From UHGV virus genome UHGV-0043902: 44,074 bases of DNA; one strand, written 5' to 3'. The notes under the pieces were generated by a model, which saw nothing but the letters and a program-made list of their open reading frames with translations, was not told where the DNA came from and searched no databases. The number at the start of each line of letters is the position of its first letter. The stretch's first letter is position 1. Shown here one piece after another: positions 1 to 9,294 of this stretch. Made by a program: the position numbers and the translations under genes. This DNA comes from a virus.

Positions 1-870
1 ACCGGTGTCGCCTTTAGGTCCTGGGACACCCTGTGGGCCGGTGTCGCCTTTAGGTCCTGGGACACCCTGTGGGCCGGTGTCGCCTTTTAGCCCCGGTGCA
101 CCTTGTGGGCCGAGCACCCTGTGGGCCGGTATCGCCTTTAGGCCCCGGGGCGCCTTGTGGGCCGGTGTCACCTTTTGGTCCCGGTTCACCCTGCGGACCG
201 GTGTCACCTTTAGGTCCTGGGACACCCTGTGGGCCGGTGTCGCCTTTTAGCCCCGGTGCACCTTGTGGGCCGGTGTCGCCTTTTGCCCCCGGCTCACCCT
301 GTGGACCGGTGTCGCCTTTTGGCCCCGGTGCACCTTGTGGACCGGTATCGCCTTTTAGCCCCGGTGCACCTTGTGGGCCGGTGTCGCCTTTAGGCCCCGG
401 CTCACCCTGTGGACCGGTGTCGCCTTTAGGCCCCGGCTCACCTTGTGGACCGGTGTCGCCTTTTAGCCCCGGTGCACCTTGTGGGCCGGTGTCGCCTTTA
501 GGCCCCGGCTCACCCTGTGGACCGGTGTCGCCTTTAGGCCCCGGCTCACCCTGTGGACCGGTGTCGCCTTTAGGCCCCGGCTCACCCTGTGGGCCGGTGT
601 CGCCTTTAGGCCCCGGCTCACCCTGTGGACCGGTGTCGCCTTTTAGCCCCGGTGCACCTTGTGGGCCGGTGTCGCCTTTAGGCCCCGGTGCACCCTGCGG
701 ACCAGTATCACCTTTCGGACCCGGAGCACCCTGTGGACCGGTGTCGCCTTTTAGCCCCGGTGCACCCTGCGGACCAGTATCACCTTTCGGACCCGGAGCA
801 CCCTGCGGACCAGTATCGCCTTTTGGCCCCGGCTCACCCTGTGGGCCGGTGTCGCCTTTAGGCCCTGGTG
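1..870 (-). repeat. Tandem 36-bp coding repeat array (about 24 units) encoding collagen-like Gly-X-Y repeats ([14 protein letters not shown]) inside the side tail fibre gene; runs off the window start
   Basis: Direct 36-nt periodicity visible in the sequence (ggtgtcgcctttagg(c/t)cc(c/t)gg...caccctgtgg(g/a)cc); translated minus strand gives perfect [10 protein letters not shown](E/A)P units. Confidence 0.9.
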
Positions 871-1456
871 TTTTAGCTATTTTCCTTGCTTCTTCCAGAG
901 CCTTGCAGGCACCAGATTCATATTCCATGGCATCTATTGTTGCCTGTTCTGCCCGACTGGCATTTTGTTCGGTGTCTCTGGCCAGCACATAGGCTTTCTG
1001 CGTATTTTCGGCAATAGCATCAGCATCCTGCCGTATTCCTCTGGCAAGCGTTTCTGTAGTCTGACGAGCCTGTTCAGCGGCGAATGCATGTTGTTCTGCT
1101 TTTTTTTCGCTTTGCTTTACCTGTACTACCATTTCTTCAAAACGCAGCACAACATCTGGTTTGAGATCGCTTTCATCGAGAGCGGTCAGAAAATCGTTTA
1201 ACGTGCCAGGCTTTGAGTCATCGTATACAGCAATATCGCCAACACAGTACTCGTCGCGCCAGTCCTGTTTCAGATATACGCAGTATTTTCCGGTCTGCGC
1301 CTTAAAACAGTACTCGCCACAGTTTCCTGTCACCACGTCGGCAACCGTGTGCATCACCACCTCTGAGGTGTTTACCCGGGATTTCAGAATTATGTGGCAT
1401 CCGGACATGGGGATGCCTGCGCCATCAATCAGCGCACCTGATATCACTACAGACAT
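50..1456 (-). CDS. Side tail fibre protein, lambda Stf-like N-terminal domain followed by collagen-like repeats; 3' end frame-disrupted within the repeats (possible pseudogene or assembly collapse)
   Basis: ORF track 468 aa; N-terminus (..[13 protein letters not shown]..) resembles the lambda Stf N-terminus from memory; about 24 Gly-X-Y units; frame breaks near nt 100-125 where one repeat unit is about 20 nt short. Confidence 0.7.
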   Translation of the reverse strand: MSVVISGALIDGAGIPMSGCHIILKSRVNTSEVVMHTVADVVTGNCGEYCFKAQTGKYCVYLKQDWRDEYCVGDIAVYDDSKPGTLNDFLTALDESDLKPDVVLRFEEMVVQVKQSEKKAEQHAFAAEQARQTTETLARGIRQDADAIAENTQKAYVLARDTEQNASRAEQATIDAMEYESGACKALEEARKIAKTPGPKGDTGPQGEPGPKGDTGPQGAPGPKGDTGPQGAPGLKGDTGPQGAPGPKGDTGPQGAPGPKGDTGPQGAPGLKGDTGPQGEPGPKGDTGPQGEPGPKGDTGPQGEPGPKGDTGPQGEPGPKGDTGPQGAPGLKGDTGPQGEPGPKGDTGPQGEPGPKGDTGPQGAPGLKGDTGPQGAPGPKGDTGPQGEPGAKGDTGPQGAPGLKGDTGPQGVPGPKGDTGPQGEPGPKGDTGPQGAPGPKGDTGPQGARPTRCTGAKRRHRPTGCPRT

Positions 1457-1479
1457 AGTTTTTCTCGCGATAAATTAAA

Positions 1480-2025
1480 TCAGGAAGAGGCTTCCGGAGT
1501 GACGGGCCATTCAATGGCGTTATATGAGGTTTTATCAGTGATAATGTTGAAATCCATCGCCTGCAGCGATTTCGCGTAAATGCGGTACGCTTTCAGCTTC
1601 TCCCTGTCTTCGTCACTGATTAATCCCAGCAGCAGGTCTTTTTCCCATTCGCTGGTCATGATGCTGACCTGTTTTAACAGGGCATCACGCTCATCTTCCG
1701 CTTTAAGTTTGTAGTCAAAAACAAATTCATCATTGCGGTAGAACCAGTAACCCGGTGCGGTAATGCGGCGGTTAGCGGTAATATCAGGAACTTCAATAAC
1801 ACTGGCGTTACGGGGTTCAATACCTGTCACATCCTTACCGACCCACACCACGCGCCCGTCTCCGGTGTAAACCATTTTTATGGTGTCACTGGCAAAGTTC
1901 TTCTGTTCTTCATACCAGTTTTTGCCGTCTTCCGAAAAAAGCCAGGTGACACCATATTGTTTTGTCAGCTGATATTGTTCCGCGGTTTTCGGATTACCCG
2001 CAGTAATATTTTTTAAATGTAACAT
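1480..2025 (-). CDS. tfa: Tail fibre assembly chaperone (Tfa family)
   Basis: 181 aa; N-terminus MLHLKNITAGNPKTAEQYQLTK...WLFSEDGKNWYEE typical of Tfa chaperones (lambda/Mu/e14); immediately downstream of a fibre gene. Confidence 0.8.
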   Translation of the reverse strand: MLHLKNITAGNPKTAEQYQLTKQYGVTWLFSEDGKNWYEEQKNFASDTIKMVYTGDGRVVWVGKDVTGIEPRNASVIEVPDITANRRITAPGYWFYRNDEFVFDYKLKAEDERDALLKQVSIMTSEWEKDLLLGLISDEDREKLKAYRIYAKSLQAMDFNIITDKTSYNAIEWPVTPEASS

Positions 2026-2027
2026 TG

Positions 2028-3581
2028 TTAAACACTCGCCACGTTATACCAGGTGCCATTAATCAGTTTCTGAAGCGGACGGTAATACACGCCGCCGATG
2101 TTATCTGCCGAATTACTTCCGGTTTCCTGCACATTAATACCGGATAACCCGTGGCCTGAAGGTGAGCGAAATGTCCAGGATACCTGGTTACCTCCCGGGT
2201 TGTAATACATTTCGGAACCATAACGCACATCCTGCACGCCGCCATTTCGCTGCTGATAACGGGCATCGAAATTTCCATAGTTTGATGGGGTCATCTGTCC
2301 GTTTACAGCAAATGTGATACTGCCATCGGTATTTCTCTGGCTGTAAAAATGCCAGCCGGAATCATCACCAAGCTCTGCAACTACAGGTCGGGATGAATTA
2401 CCCCATAAATTAAACGTTGCGTTTTTCGTGGAGTTGTTGGCGCTGGATAACGTGAATTTTTTAGCATTTCCGGCCTGAATATTTTTTAACGCTATTGCCA
2501 CACCATTCTGGAAACGAAATACATGCTGTCCATTCGCATAAACATCCAGAATGCCGTCGCCATTCTGTTTCAGCCCGGTATCGTTATCCCCGAAAGCAAT
2601 TGAGTTTCCTCCCAGCGCGTTCTGAACGCCGATACCCAGCGCACCATTGACCTGAGAACCGCCGCCAACAGACACTTTATGCGACATGGATATTTCACCC
2701 GTCCGCAGGTTAATGCTGAACGGTCGCAGTGGGCCAATATCGCCGTTTTCACCCTGGCTTTCCTGGGTGGGAATGAGATGCAGGCTCTCTTCCGAACGAC
2801 GAAAAATCAGGCCAAAGGCTTCGTTGAAAATCCTCAGCGCATTAACATCACGGATTTTCAGTTCACCGGTCATCAAATCACCAGATTTTTTTACATATCG
2901 CAGATCAAAATCTGAATAGATATTGCCGGGGTTTATCACGCTGAAATAGCTTTTCTCGCTATCAAGAAGGCAAATCAAAGGAATACCCTTAATGATATCA
3001 TTCGCCACCAGCCCGGACTTGTTCCCCTTATAAAGTGGAAACGTACCAAGAACCTTTCCGCCCAGTGTCAATTGAAGCGTTGCGGCGTTGGTATTGTTCT
3101 GAACGGGGAAAACGATAATCGGGGTTCGTAGCGTCCAATCTGTACCTCCATTAACAAAAAACGTCGAGGGAAGTTCCAGCGTCAGTGCGTTTGCAGTGCC
3201 ACCTGCAACACCCGCAATATAATGACCGCTCTGAAGCTGCGCTATCTGTACGAAATAGTTTTCCGAACCACGCGTGGCAAAGTTAGCCACAACGTCATTA
3301 AGGGACCAACCTTTCGCGGTCGTTCCTTCCTGCCCACGAATGACCTTCAACACATCACCGCTTACCGATACCAGGTGACAAATCTCAAATGCAGACTCTT
3401 TATTATCGGTAAGCGTAATTTTTGCATAGACGCGTTGCCCGTTCGATTTATTTTCAAAATCGGCAGAAAGCAATTTTGCAAATTTAGCTCCCGTGCCCGG
3501 CATCACCGGAATATCAGTCTGAATCGTCGTGATATCGCCAGCCAGTGCTGAAACAACGTTATTGCCAAATCCAAGAATCAT
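2028..3581 (-). CDS. Tail fibre protein (Mu S / P2 H-like position)
   Basis: 517 aa ORF between the baseplate gpI-like gene and tfa; Gly/Asn-rich C-terminal region typical of fibre receptor-binding domains. Confidence 0.6.
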   Translation of the reverse strand: MILGFGNNVVSALAGDITTIQTDIPVMPGTGAKFAKLLSADFENKSNGQRVYAKITLTDNKESAFEICHLVSVSGDVLKVIRGQEGTTAKGWSLNDVVANFATRGSENYFVQIAQLQSGHYIAGVAGGTANALTLELPSTFFVNGGTDWTLRTPIIVFPVQNNTNAATLQLTLGGKVLGTFPLYKGNKSGLVANDIIKGIPLICLLDSEKSYFSVINPGNIYSDFDLRYVKKSGDLMTGELKIRDVNALRIFNEAFGLIFRRSEESLHLIPTQESQGENGDIGPLRPFSINLRTGEISMSHKVSVGGGSQVNGALGIGVQNALGGNSIAFGDNDTGLKQNGDGILDVYANGQHVFRFQNGVAIALKNIQAGNAKKFTLSSANNSTKNATFNLWGNSSRPVVAELGDDSGWHFYSQRNTDGSITFAVNGQMTPSNYGNFDARYQQRNGGVQDVRYGSEMYYNPGGNQVSWTFRSPSGHGLSGINVQETGSNSADNIGGVYYRPLQKLINGTWYNVASV

Positions 3582-4204
3582 TTTTGAATCACCGTTGTTG
3601 CATAGGAATAAATAAAAGGGAGTTTTACATATTTCTGGTCAATGGCATCTTTCAGAAAATAGCCTATACCATCACCATATTCTGGTATCTGAATAGAAAA
3701 AACACTGTCCGATACAGTCACACTCACATCAAAAGTGTGCTGCAACGGCGGGTCTATCCCATTTTTTCCGTGAATAAACCGCGCCACACGTCGCTTTAAC
3801 CAGTCAATGCAGAAATGCGAACCGTCAGCCTTATAAAAATTCCACGTTAATATTCGTTTGAAATAATCATCAGGTACATACGATGCCTGCCCCGGAACGT
3901 AATTCCGCATTGCGGCATACGGGATCGTATTGTATTCAATGGTATCGTATGCGCCGCGTGCAATAGCCTCCTCGGAAACCTGTAGTAAAGGCCTTTCAAC
4001 GCCATAAATCCCGAGTGCAATCCAGTCCAGCAATTGCCCGGTTATTGATTCCGATGTCCAGCATGGCAATGCCAGATTGTTGAGTGAATCGAGGTATTCC
4101 TGAGCAATTTCATTGTATGCATCAAAGAACGCAACAACATTCGGATCATCTCTGTACTGCACAAATGGATAAGCAGGGAGAATTTTCTCAGTCAGATATT
4201 GCAT
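3578..4204 (-). CDS. Baseplate/tail protein (P2 gpI / Mu gp48 / e14 YmfQ-like position)
   Basis: ORF track 3578..4312; internal ATG at 4204 (MQYLTEKILPAYPF...) avoids overlap with the upstream J-like gene; position after the J-like gene. Confidence 0.5.
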   Translation of the reverse strand: MQYLTEKILPAYPFVQYRDDPNVVAFFDAYNEIAQEYLDSLNNLALPCWTSESITGQLLDWIALGIYGVERPLLQVSEEAIARGAYDTIEYNTIPYAAMRNYVPGQASYVPDDYFKRILTWNFYKADGSHFCIDWLKRRVARFIHGKNGIDPPLQHTFDVSVTVSDSVFSIQIPEYGDGIGYFLKDAIDQKYVKLPFIYSYATTVIQK

Positions 4205-5414
4205 ACTTGTTGACCTGAACCTGTGATGCCACCGTTGAAAAATAGGAATAGGTATCGCCATAAACCAGGCTTGTGTCTTTCGCCGGAAGAACAATATGGC
4301 CGTTAATACCAATGCTCACACTGATTGTTGAGATCAACGTCGCATCAACCAGCAACCTGACGGAACTGGTAAAAATATCCTGGATACGCAGAAGATTTAT
4401 CGGGTGTCCGACTTCAATTGAATTGATGTAATCAGCAACGTTTTGCTGCACAGCCATAGCAATACCCGCCGGATCAACATAATCATCAGACACCGTGTTC
4501 CAGGTGATTAGCACCATGACGTTTTGTGATGACGGGATAACGAACGGTACCTGATAAACGTCCGGCGAAACGGTTATTGAAACCGTGCGTTTTTCCACTG
4601 CCGCACCGGATGGATTGCTAACATCGTTGGTCAGTTTCGAAATGTCCGGTACAGATTTGTAAATCGCATAAGCCACATCATACGGATCACCGCCACCAAC
4701 AACCGCAACCCATTTCCCCAGCGACGACTGCCGGAAAGAAATCAGGTTTTCGCGCACACCGCTTACTGATTTGAGCATCGCTTTAAAGCAATCCGGTGTT
4801 CCCTGCACACCAAACATGCCGGACTCCATGACTTCGGCGCGGTAAGATGCCCACGTCTGCGCCTCCTGACCTGGCATCCCTGCGGTAAGGTTCGTGCATT
4901 TTACAGGCTGGTCTTTGGGTACTGATGTAATAACCTGCGTCACGGTCCCTTCCGGTACAGCCCATGAGCCTGACGTTGTGGCCACACAGTAAACTGGCTC
5001 AGTCTGCCCACTTTCCGGCACCACCGTATCGCGGGAAACTGCATACTGGTAGTTACCGTCTCCAACCACAAATCCTTTAGGGATACCAAATCCCGGCAAC
5101 GCCTCAAACACCACGTATACCGCCGTATTTGTACTTAATCCCTTCTGTGCTCCATAAATGTTTCCGAGTTGCATCAGTAACGGAATATTCGCGCCGTATG
5201 GGCTTACAGAGTTAATAAGGTCCACCCGCGCCTGGTCTATTAATGCCAGCGCCCCTACTGCCGTGCTGGCAAGGTCTGTAATAAGTCCTGCCGGAAGGTT
5301 GGCTGTATATCCAGGTACTTTTTCAGCAACTCTGGTGATAAGATTCGCGAGCAAATCATTGGGTGGCGTAGGCTGCGCACCCGCACTGGTCATAGTAATT
5401 GGTATTTCTGACAT
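4188..5414 (-). CDS. Baseplate J-like protein (P2 gpJ / Mu gp47 family)
   Basis: About 408 aa; ORF track 4188..5426 begins with TTG, ATG at 5414 preferred; size and position match baseplate J. Confidence 0.6.
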   Translation of the reverse strand: MSEIPITMTSAGAQPTPPNDLLANLITRVAEKVPGYTANLPAGLITDLASTAVGALALIDQARVDLINSVSPYGANIPLLMQLGNIYGAQKGLSTNTAVYVVFEALPGFGIPKGFVVGDGNYQYAVSRDTVVPESGQTEPVYCVATTSGSWAVPEGTVTQVITSVPKDQPVKCTNLTAGMPGQEAQTWASYRAEVMESGMFGVQGTPDCFKAMLKSVSGVRENLISFRQSSLGKWVAVVGGGDPYDVAYAIYKSVPDISKLTNDVSNPSGAAVEKRTVSITVSPDVYQVPFVIPSSQNVMVLITWNTVSDDYVDPAGIAMAVQQNVADYINSIEVGHPINLLRIQDIFTSSVRLLVDATLISTISVSIGINGHIVLPAKDTSLVYGDTYSYFSTVASQVQVNKYAISD

Positions 5415-5435
5415 AGTTAATCTCAAGGATAAGTT

Positions 5436-5975
5436 ATGAAGAAATTAATTTCATTGCTAATTGCATCCACTCTTTCATTTTCAGTATGCGCTCAAGAAGA
5501 AGACAATTATCATACCCGTCTAATAAGAGCTGCCTGCAACGATGCCATGCATAAATTACAGCTTCAATATGGTCGGCGTTTTATATGCCATACTGATAAT
5601 TTTACTGCCGGAAATATGAATGCCGCATACTTATCTGATTCTGTTTATGGGAAATCGGGAATAATGTTAATGAAATTCGGTAATGTTTATTATGATAATC
5701 CCAGCCATCCAACCCATGACACATTACATTATTCCTACAATATACAAGACATGAATACGGCCATTTCTTTAATTGTCAATGGGGGCGGTTTAAACGATCA
5801 GCAAATAAATTATCAAATTTGTAAAAAAGCCATTACAGATACCAAGGAGAAAATAAAGAAAAACAATAAAGATTATCTAGACAAAAAGATAGATCATAAA
5901 ACTTATGAGATAATGAATTCAGTTTTCAATGACTCGATAAAAAATTTTGAAAAATGTGTAGCTGAAAATAAGTAG
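5436..5975 (+). CDS. AT-rich moron encoding a secreted protein of unknown function (Sec signal peptide, Lys-rich C-terminus)
   Basis: 179 aa; N-terminus MKKLISLLIASTLSFSVCAQ-EE is a Sec signal peptide; SD aaggataagttATG; composition visibly AT-rich compared with flanking phage genes; opposite strand to the tail operon. Confidence 0.7.
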   Translation: MKKLISLLIASTLSFSVCAQEEDNYHTRLIRAACNDAMHKLQLQYGRRFICHTDNFTAGNMNAAYLSDSVYGKSGIMLMKFGNVYYDNPSHPTHDTLHYSYNIQDMNTAISLIVNGGGLNDQQINYQICKKAITDTKEKIKKNNKDYLDKKIDHKTYEIMNSVFNDSIKNFEKCVAENK

Positions 5976-6239
5976 TTGTTGGACTTTACAACCGCGCCCA
6001 ATTGAGTATGATTGGGCGAATGAGGCGTCGAAACCTCTTTCACGCGGCCTAGACCAACCCCGTCAGTGTTGGATTTTTTATGCCTACAATTCAGTGATGG
6101 CACAATGTGCGGTCACATCCCCGATCAATGTCGGGAGGGCGACGAATACAACACCCGAAAGGGAAATAAGTCCGCGGTTTCGTGAAGCCGTTTCGAACCT
6201 CCTGGCACCACAATTTCGAAAAAATTTCACGAGGTTTCT

Positions 6240-6797
6240 ATGACCAGCCAATTAATTCCCGTATTCAACGGCATTGTTTCAAACGAAACTACTCTTCTCT
6301 GCAACGCTCGCGATCTGCACACCTTTCTCGAAGTAGGTAAACGCTTTGCTACTTGGATCACCGAGCGAATCGGCGAGTATGAATTCATAGAAAATCAGGA
6401 CTACATAGCTATTTCCCAAAAACGGGAAATAGGTCACGGACGAGGGAAAAAGGACTACCACCTCACCCTAGACACTGCCAAAGAGCTGGCAATGGTCGAG
6501 CGCAACGAAAAAGGCCGCCAAATCCGCCGATACTTTATCGAATGCGAGAAGAAGCTGCGCGAAGATACCACCAGCACACAATCCCCTCTGAATGTTGACA
6601 TCATCATGCGCGTCAGAAACGGTTCTGTTACCCACATTGAGCACCACAAATCAGGCTCAGTTATAACCACAGAATGGGCAATTCACTTACTACGCAAAAG
6701 TGGATGGATTGTCATGCCACGCGATGAACTTCTTAACACGCCACTGGCCCAACTGATGCACGAAAACTTGCCTCAAACCGGAACCTGCGTCCGGTAA
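6240..6797 (+). CDS. Putative antirepressor-like protein (AntA/KilA-N-like N-terminal domain)
   Basis: 185 aa; N-terminus LIPVFNGIVSNETTLLCNARDLHTFLEV...WITERI..YEFIENQDY resembles phage antirepressor N-domains; SD gaggtttctATG; opposite strand within the tail region, analogous to P22 immI. Confidence 0.45.
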   Translation: MTSQLIPVFNGIVSNETTLLCNARDLHTFLEVGKRFATWITERIGEYEFIENQDYIAISQKREIGHGRGKKDYHLTLDTAKELAMVERNEKGRQIRRYFIECEKKLREDTTSTQSPLNVDIIMRVRNGSVTHIEHHKSGSVITTEWAIHLLRKSGWIVMPRDELLNTPLAQLMHENLPQTGTCVR

Positions 6798-7120
6798 CTG
6801 GTTCCGTTAAAAAACACAACATCGATGTTATAGGTGGGGTTTTCTGCCCCATCTACCTTTGAAATTGCCAGCGATGCAAAATACCCGGCAAACTGTTGCT
6901 GAACCATGTTCACATAGTAGTCCGGGTAAATTTGCTGCACGATGCACTGCTGCGCTGGAATACCGTAATTCGCGTAAAACGGCGACTCCCCCAACCCCAG
7001 CTTTAACGTCTGAATGAGCGTCGTCAGCCAGCCGTAGGAGAAATCACCGTTGGCGTCAGATTCTACTGCAACCCATTTTTTGTTGCCGTTCGCGTCGGTG
7101 ACGCGGCCCCATGTTCTCAT
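6773..7120 (-). CDS. Hypothetical protein, 115 aa; positional candidate for baseplate wedge (gpW/gp25-like) but no motif support
   Basis: ORF track; lies between the V-like and J-like genes; start codon 3 nt after the stop of a small upstream ORF. Confidence 0.35.
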   Translation of the reverse strand: MRTWGRVTDANGNKKWVAVESDANGDFSYGWLTTLIQTLKLGLGESPFYANYGIPAQQCIVQQIYPDYYVNMVQQQFAGYFASLAISKVDGAENPTYNIDVVFFNGTSYRTQVPV

Positions 7121-7123
7121 GCG

Positions 7124-7288
7124 TCAACCTTTCAAGTAAATTAGGGTACCGGTAACCAGAGCGGTACAAATGATCCACGCTACTGGAGTCAGAATATGCC
7201 GAATACCCCGACATACTGCGATTATTCTCGCAGCTTTATCTGCTCCTTGCGTTGTCGTTTCAGCCTTATGAATCAGTTCGCTATCCAT
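7124..7288 (-). CDS. Small membrane peptide (54 aa, C-terminal hydrophobic helix), function unknown
   Basis: Manual translation MDSELIHKAETTTQGADKAARIIAVCRGIRHILTPVAWIICTALVTGTLIYLKG; overlaps an upstream 30-46 aa hydrophobic peptide ORF (about 7290..7430) in an ATGGATAG coupling arrangement. Confidence 0.25.
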   Translation of the reverse strand: MDSELIHKAETTTQGADKAARIIAVCRGIRHILTPVAWIICTALVTGTLIYLKG

Positions 7289-7501
7289 TTAGAACCTTTA
7301 TGATCTCTGCGATTCCCGGTAGAGATTTAGCAACCGCAAACCCTCCGATAACTATAAGAACTGCATAAAACATTCTTCTCAGAACCGGACTTCTTTCGAG
7401 CAATTTTAGAGCTTCCACAATCCAGTCTCCTCCGCTAAAATTAATCACGGAAGACCTCCAAACATACGTAATTATCCCTTGCCTTATTCAAGGTCAGAAA
7501 C

Positions 7502-7541
7502 AAAAAACCCCGACTGGGCCAACAGTCGGGGTTTTCGTTTT
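7502..7541. terminator. Bidirectional intrinsic terminator
   Basis: aaaaaa-ccccgactg-ggccaa-cagtcgggg-ttttcgtttt: 9-bp GC-rich stem flanked by an A-run and a T-run. Confidence 0.75.
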
Positions 7542-7573
7542 ATGGGTAGTATTTAAAGTGAAATGAACCGGTA

Positions 7574-8287
7574 TTAACCCGGATTTGGTTTCTTCGACGT
7601 GATCGTACTGCCACCACTTTGAACACCAGTCACATCGTGACTGTGGCTGCTGGCGCTCACGCCGTTGATAACTGCATCTTTCTCGACCTTAAGAGGACCA
7701 ATCAGCGAAGCAGTTGTATCCTTCATCTGGGCTTTGTCCTGGACGATCTGTCCGTTGAGATGAATTATCCCGCTCAGGAAAATATCTTCGGCCTCAAGAT
7801 AAACAGCCTTCGACTTTTGCCTGATTTCTTCCGGAGCTACCGTTACCGAGCTACTACCGTCCTCTGTTTTGAGAATTGCACCGTCAGGGCCGTACAAAAC
7901 GATTTTTCGCGGATCTTCATCGGACCAGTCCTTGTTTGCCAGCGGTACGAAAAACAGGGGAGTGAGCGACATCGAGTAAGAAAGCGTCGCCATACCTGTT
8001 CCCAGCCCTGATATGCCGCGCAGGGATACATCAGCGGCAATTGTTACTCCTCGATCGCCCGGCTGTATCGGGTAACGAATATACGGGAATGTGGCGACAG
8101 GGATTGTTATCTGCGGAAAGTTGATCCCCTCTGGCAACATATCAAACTGAACGGTCACTATCTGCCCACTGACATCGACAACATGGCAGGGCAATTCACG
8201 GCCTTTAAGCTCGGCTTGCTGGTTGCCAGAACTGGTCATCATCTCCGACAGCGTTCGGAGAAACGGTAATTTTTGAGCGTTTGACAT
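7574..8287 (-). CDS. Baseplate assembly/spike protein (P2 gpV / Mu gp45-like)
   Basis: 237 aa; position and size; overlaps the upstream gene by 1 nt. Confidence 0.5.
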   Translation of the reverse strand: MSNAQKLPFLRTLSEMMTSSGNQQAELKGRELPCHVVDVSGQIVTVQFDMLPEGINFPQITIPVATFPYIRYPIQPGDRGVTIAADVSLRGISGLGTGMATLSYSMSLTPLFFVPLANKDWSDEDPRKIVLYGPDGAILKTEDGSSSVTVAPEEIRQKSKAVYLEAEDIFLSGIIHLNGQIVQDKAQMKDTTASLIGPLKVEKDAVINGVSASSHSHDVTGVQSGGSTITSKKPNPG

Positions 8288-9294
8288 TACACCCTCGCCC
8301 AGTTCTCAGCATATGCCTCAAATACCGTCACCCAGGCATCGCCATCGGCTGTCAGATACGAACCAATGTGTCTGACTGATTTCACAAGAAATTTCCCGGT
8401 AAACGTGGTCGAATTTTTTGCGATAACGCTGGGTGCCGTTGTATTAGCCATCACAATCGACGCTGCGCCTGAATATAGCCCCTCCGGGAGTTCGATCACA
8501 TCGCCGCATCGAATATCTCCCCGCAACGGGCATTTAAAACTGACGGTAAAAGGGGCTATCCAGGTAGGCTGACCGACAAGTTCATAAAGCTCAATTTTCT
8601 TCGGTTTTCCCCAGTCAGCTGATGCGTTGTCGTAAACCCGTACCCTGTCGGAAAGAATGCTAATACCAACACCACAGTATTTTTCGCTGCGAATCATGGC
8701 AATCGAAGCACTACGAAGGACCATCGCTAACGAGCCAATATCTTCGTAGGTTCCCTTCCACGGCTCAGGCAAAACGAGACTGTCACTGACGGTACAATCG
8801 ATCAATTTATTCGGAAATGCCTTTTTTAAAGCTCGGGATATAACATCTCCCAGTTTCTCACCTGTTCTACCATCAAATTCTAAGATGAAAGGTTTTCCAT
8901 CATCGGTTTTACGTATGGTGGGGTTTATTACCAGATTTAATGTCTGGTTTGTGCCTATCCAGTTGGCGTAGGCAAAATAAATTTCGCCATAAATTACTTC
9001 CCCCTGTTGCAGTGGATTTGCCAAAGGTAATCCCTTAACAAATCCGGCCTTCATACGAACTAAACATCCCTGCAAATTCACGCTTTGCTCCAGCATGTCG
9101 ATTGGCAGTCCGTAGATCGTCAACATCGTTCCCGCTCTGACTATATCCAGAGCGGTTACTTCAAAGTCAAATTCGACATGCAACCCACATCCTGGTGTTT
9201 CACTGGTATCAAAAGGTCCAATGGGCTTTCCATTCCGACATACAGGTGGCTTTCCAGTTTTAGGGTTAATAATTTCTAATCGATAATAACGCAT
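8287..9294 (-). CDS. Tail/baseplate hub protein (P2 gpD / Mu gp44-like position)
   Basis: 335 aa ORF in the baseplate block, coupled to flanking genes. Confidence 0.4.
   Translation of the reverse strand: MRYYRLEIINPKTGKPPVCRNGKPIGPFDTSETPGCGLHVEFDFEVTALDIVRAGTMLTIYGLPIDMLEQSVNLQGCLVRMKAGFVKGLPLANPLQQGEVIYGEIYFAYANWIGTNQTLNLVINPTIRKTDDGKPFILEFDGRTGEKLGDVISRALKKAFPNKLIDCTVSDSLVLPEPWKGTYEDIGSLAMVLRSASIAMIRSEKYCGVGISILSDRVRVYDNASADWGKPKKIELYELVGQPTWIAPFTVSFKCPLRGDIRCGDVIELPEGLYSGAASIVMANTTAPSVIAKNSTTFTGKFLVKSVRHIGSYLTADGDAWVTVFEAYAENWARV

Noticed and set aside
1-870. Possible CRISPR array because of regular direct repeats
   Set aside because: The units are contiguous 36-bp coding repeats with no unique spacers and they translate to Gly-X-Y collagen motifs; not a CRISPR.
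5-992. Plus-strand ORFs 5..250 and 69..992 (GPVSPLGPG... repeats)
   Set aside because: Antisense read-through of the collagen-like repeat array; the repeats make every frame open. The minus-strand fibre gene with its recognisable N-terminal domain is the real coding frame.
5988-6012. Hairpin gcgcccaat-tgagtatg-attgggcg downstream of the secreted-protein gene as an intrinsic terminator
   Set aside because: No T-run follows; a weaker hairpin plus ATTTTTTAT at about 6053..6080 is a slightly better but still unconvincing terminator candidate.
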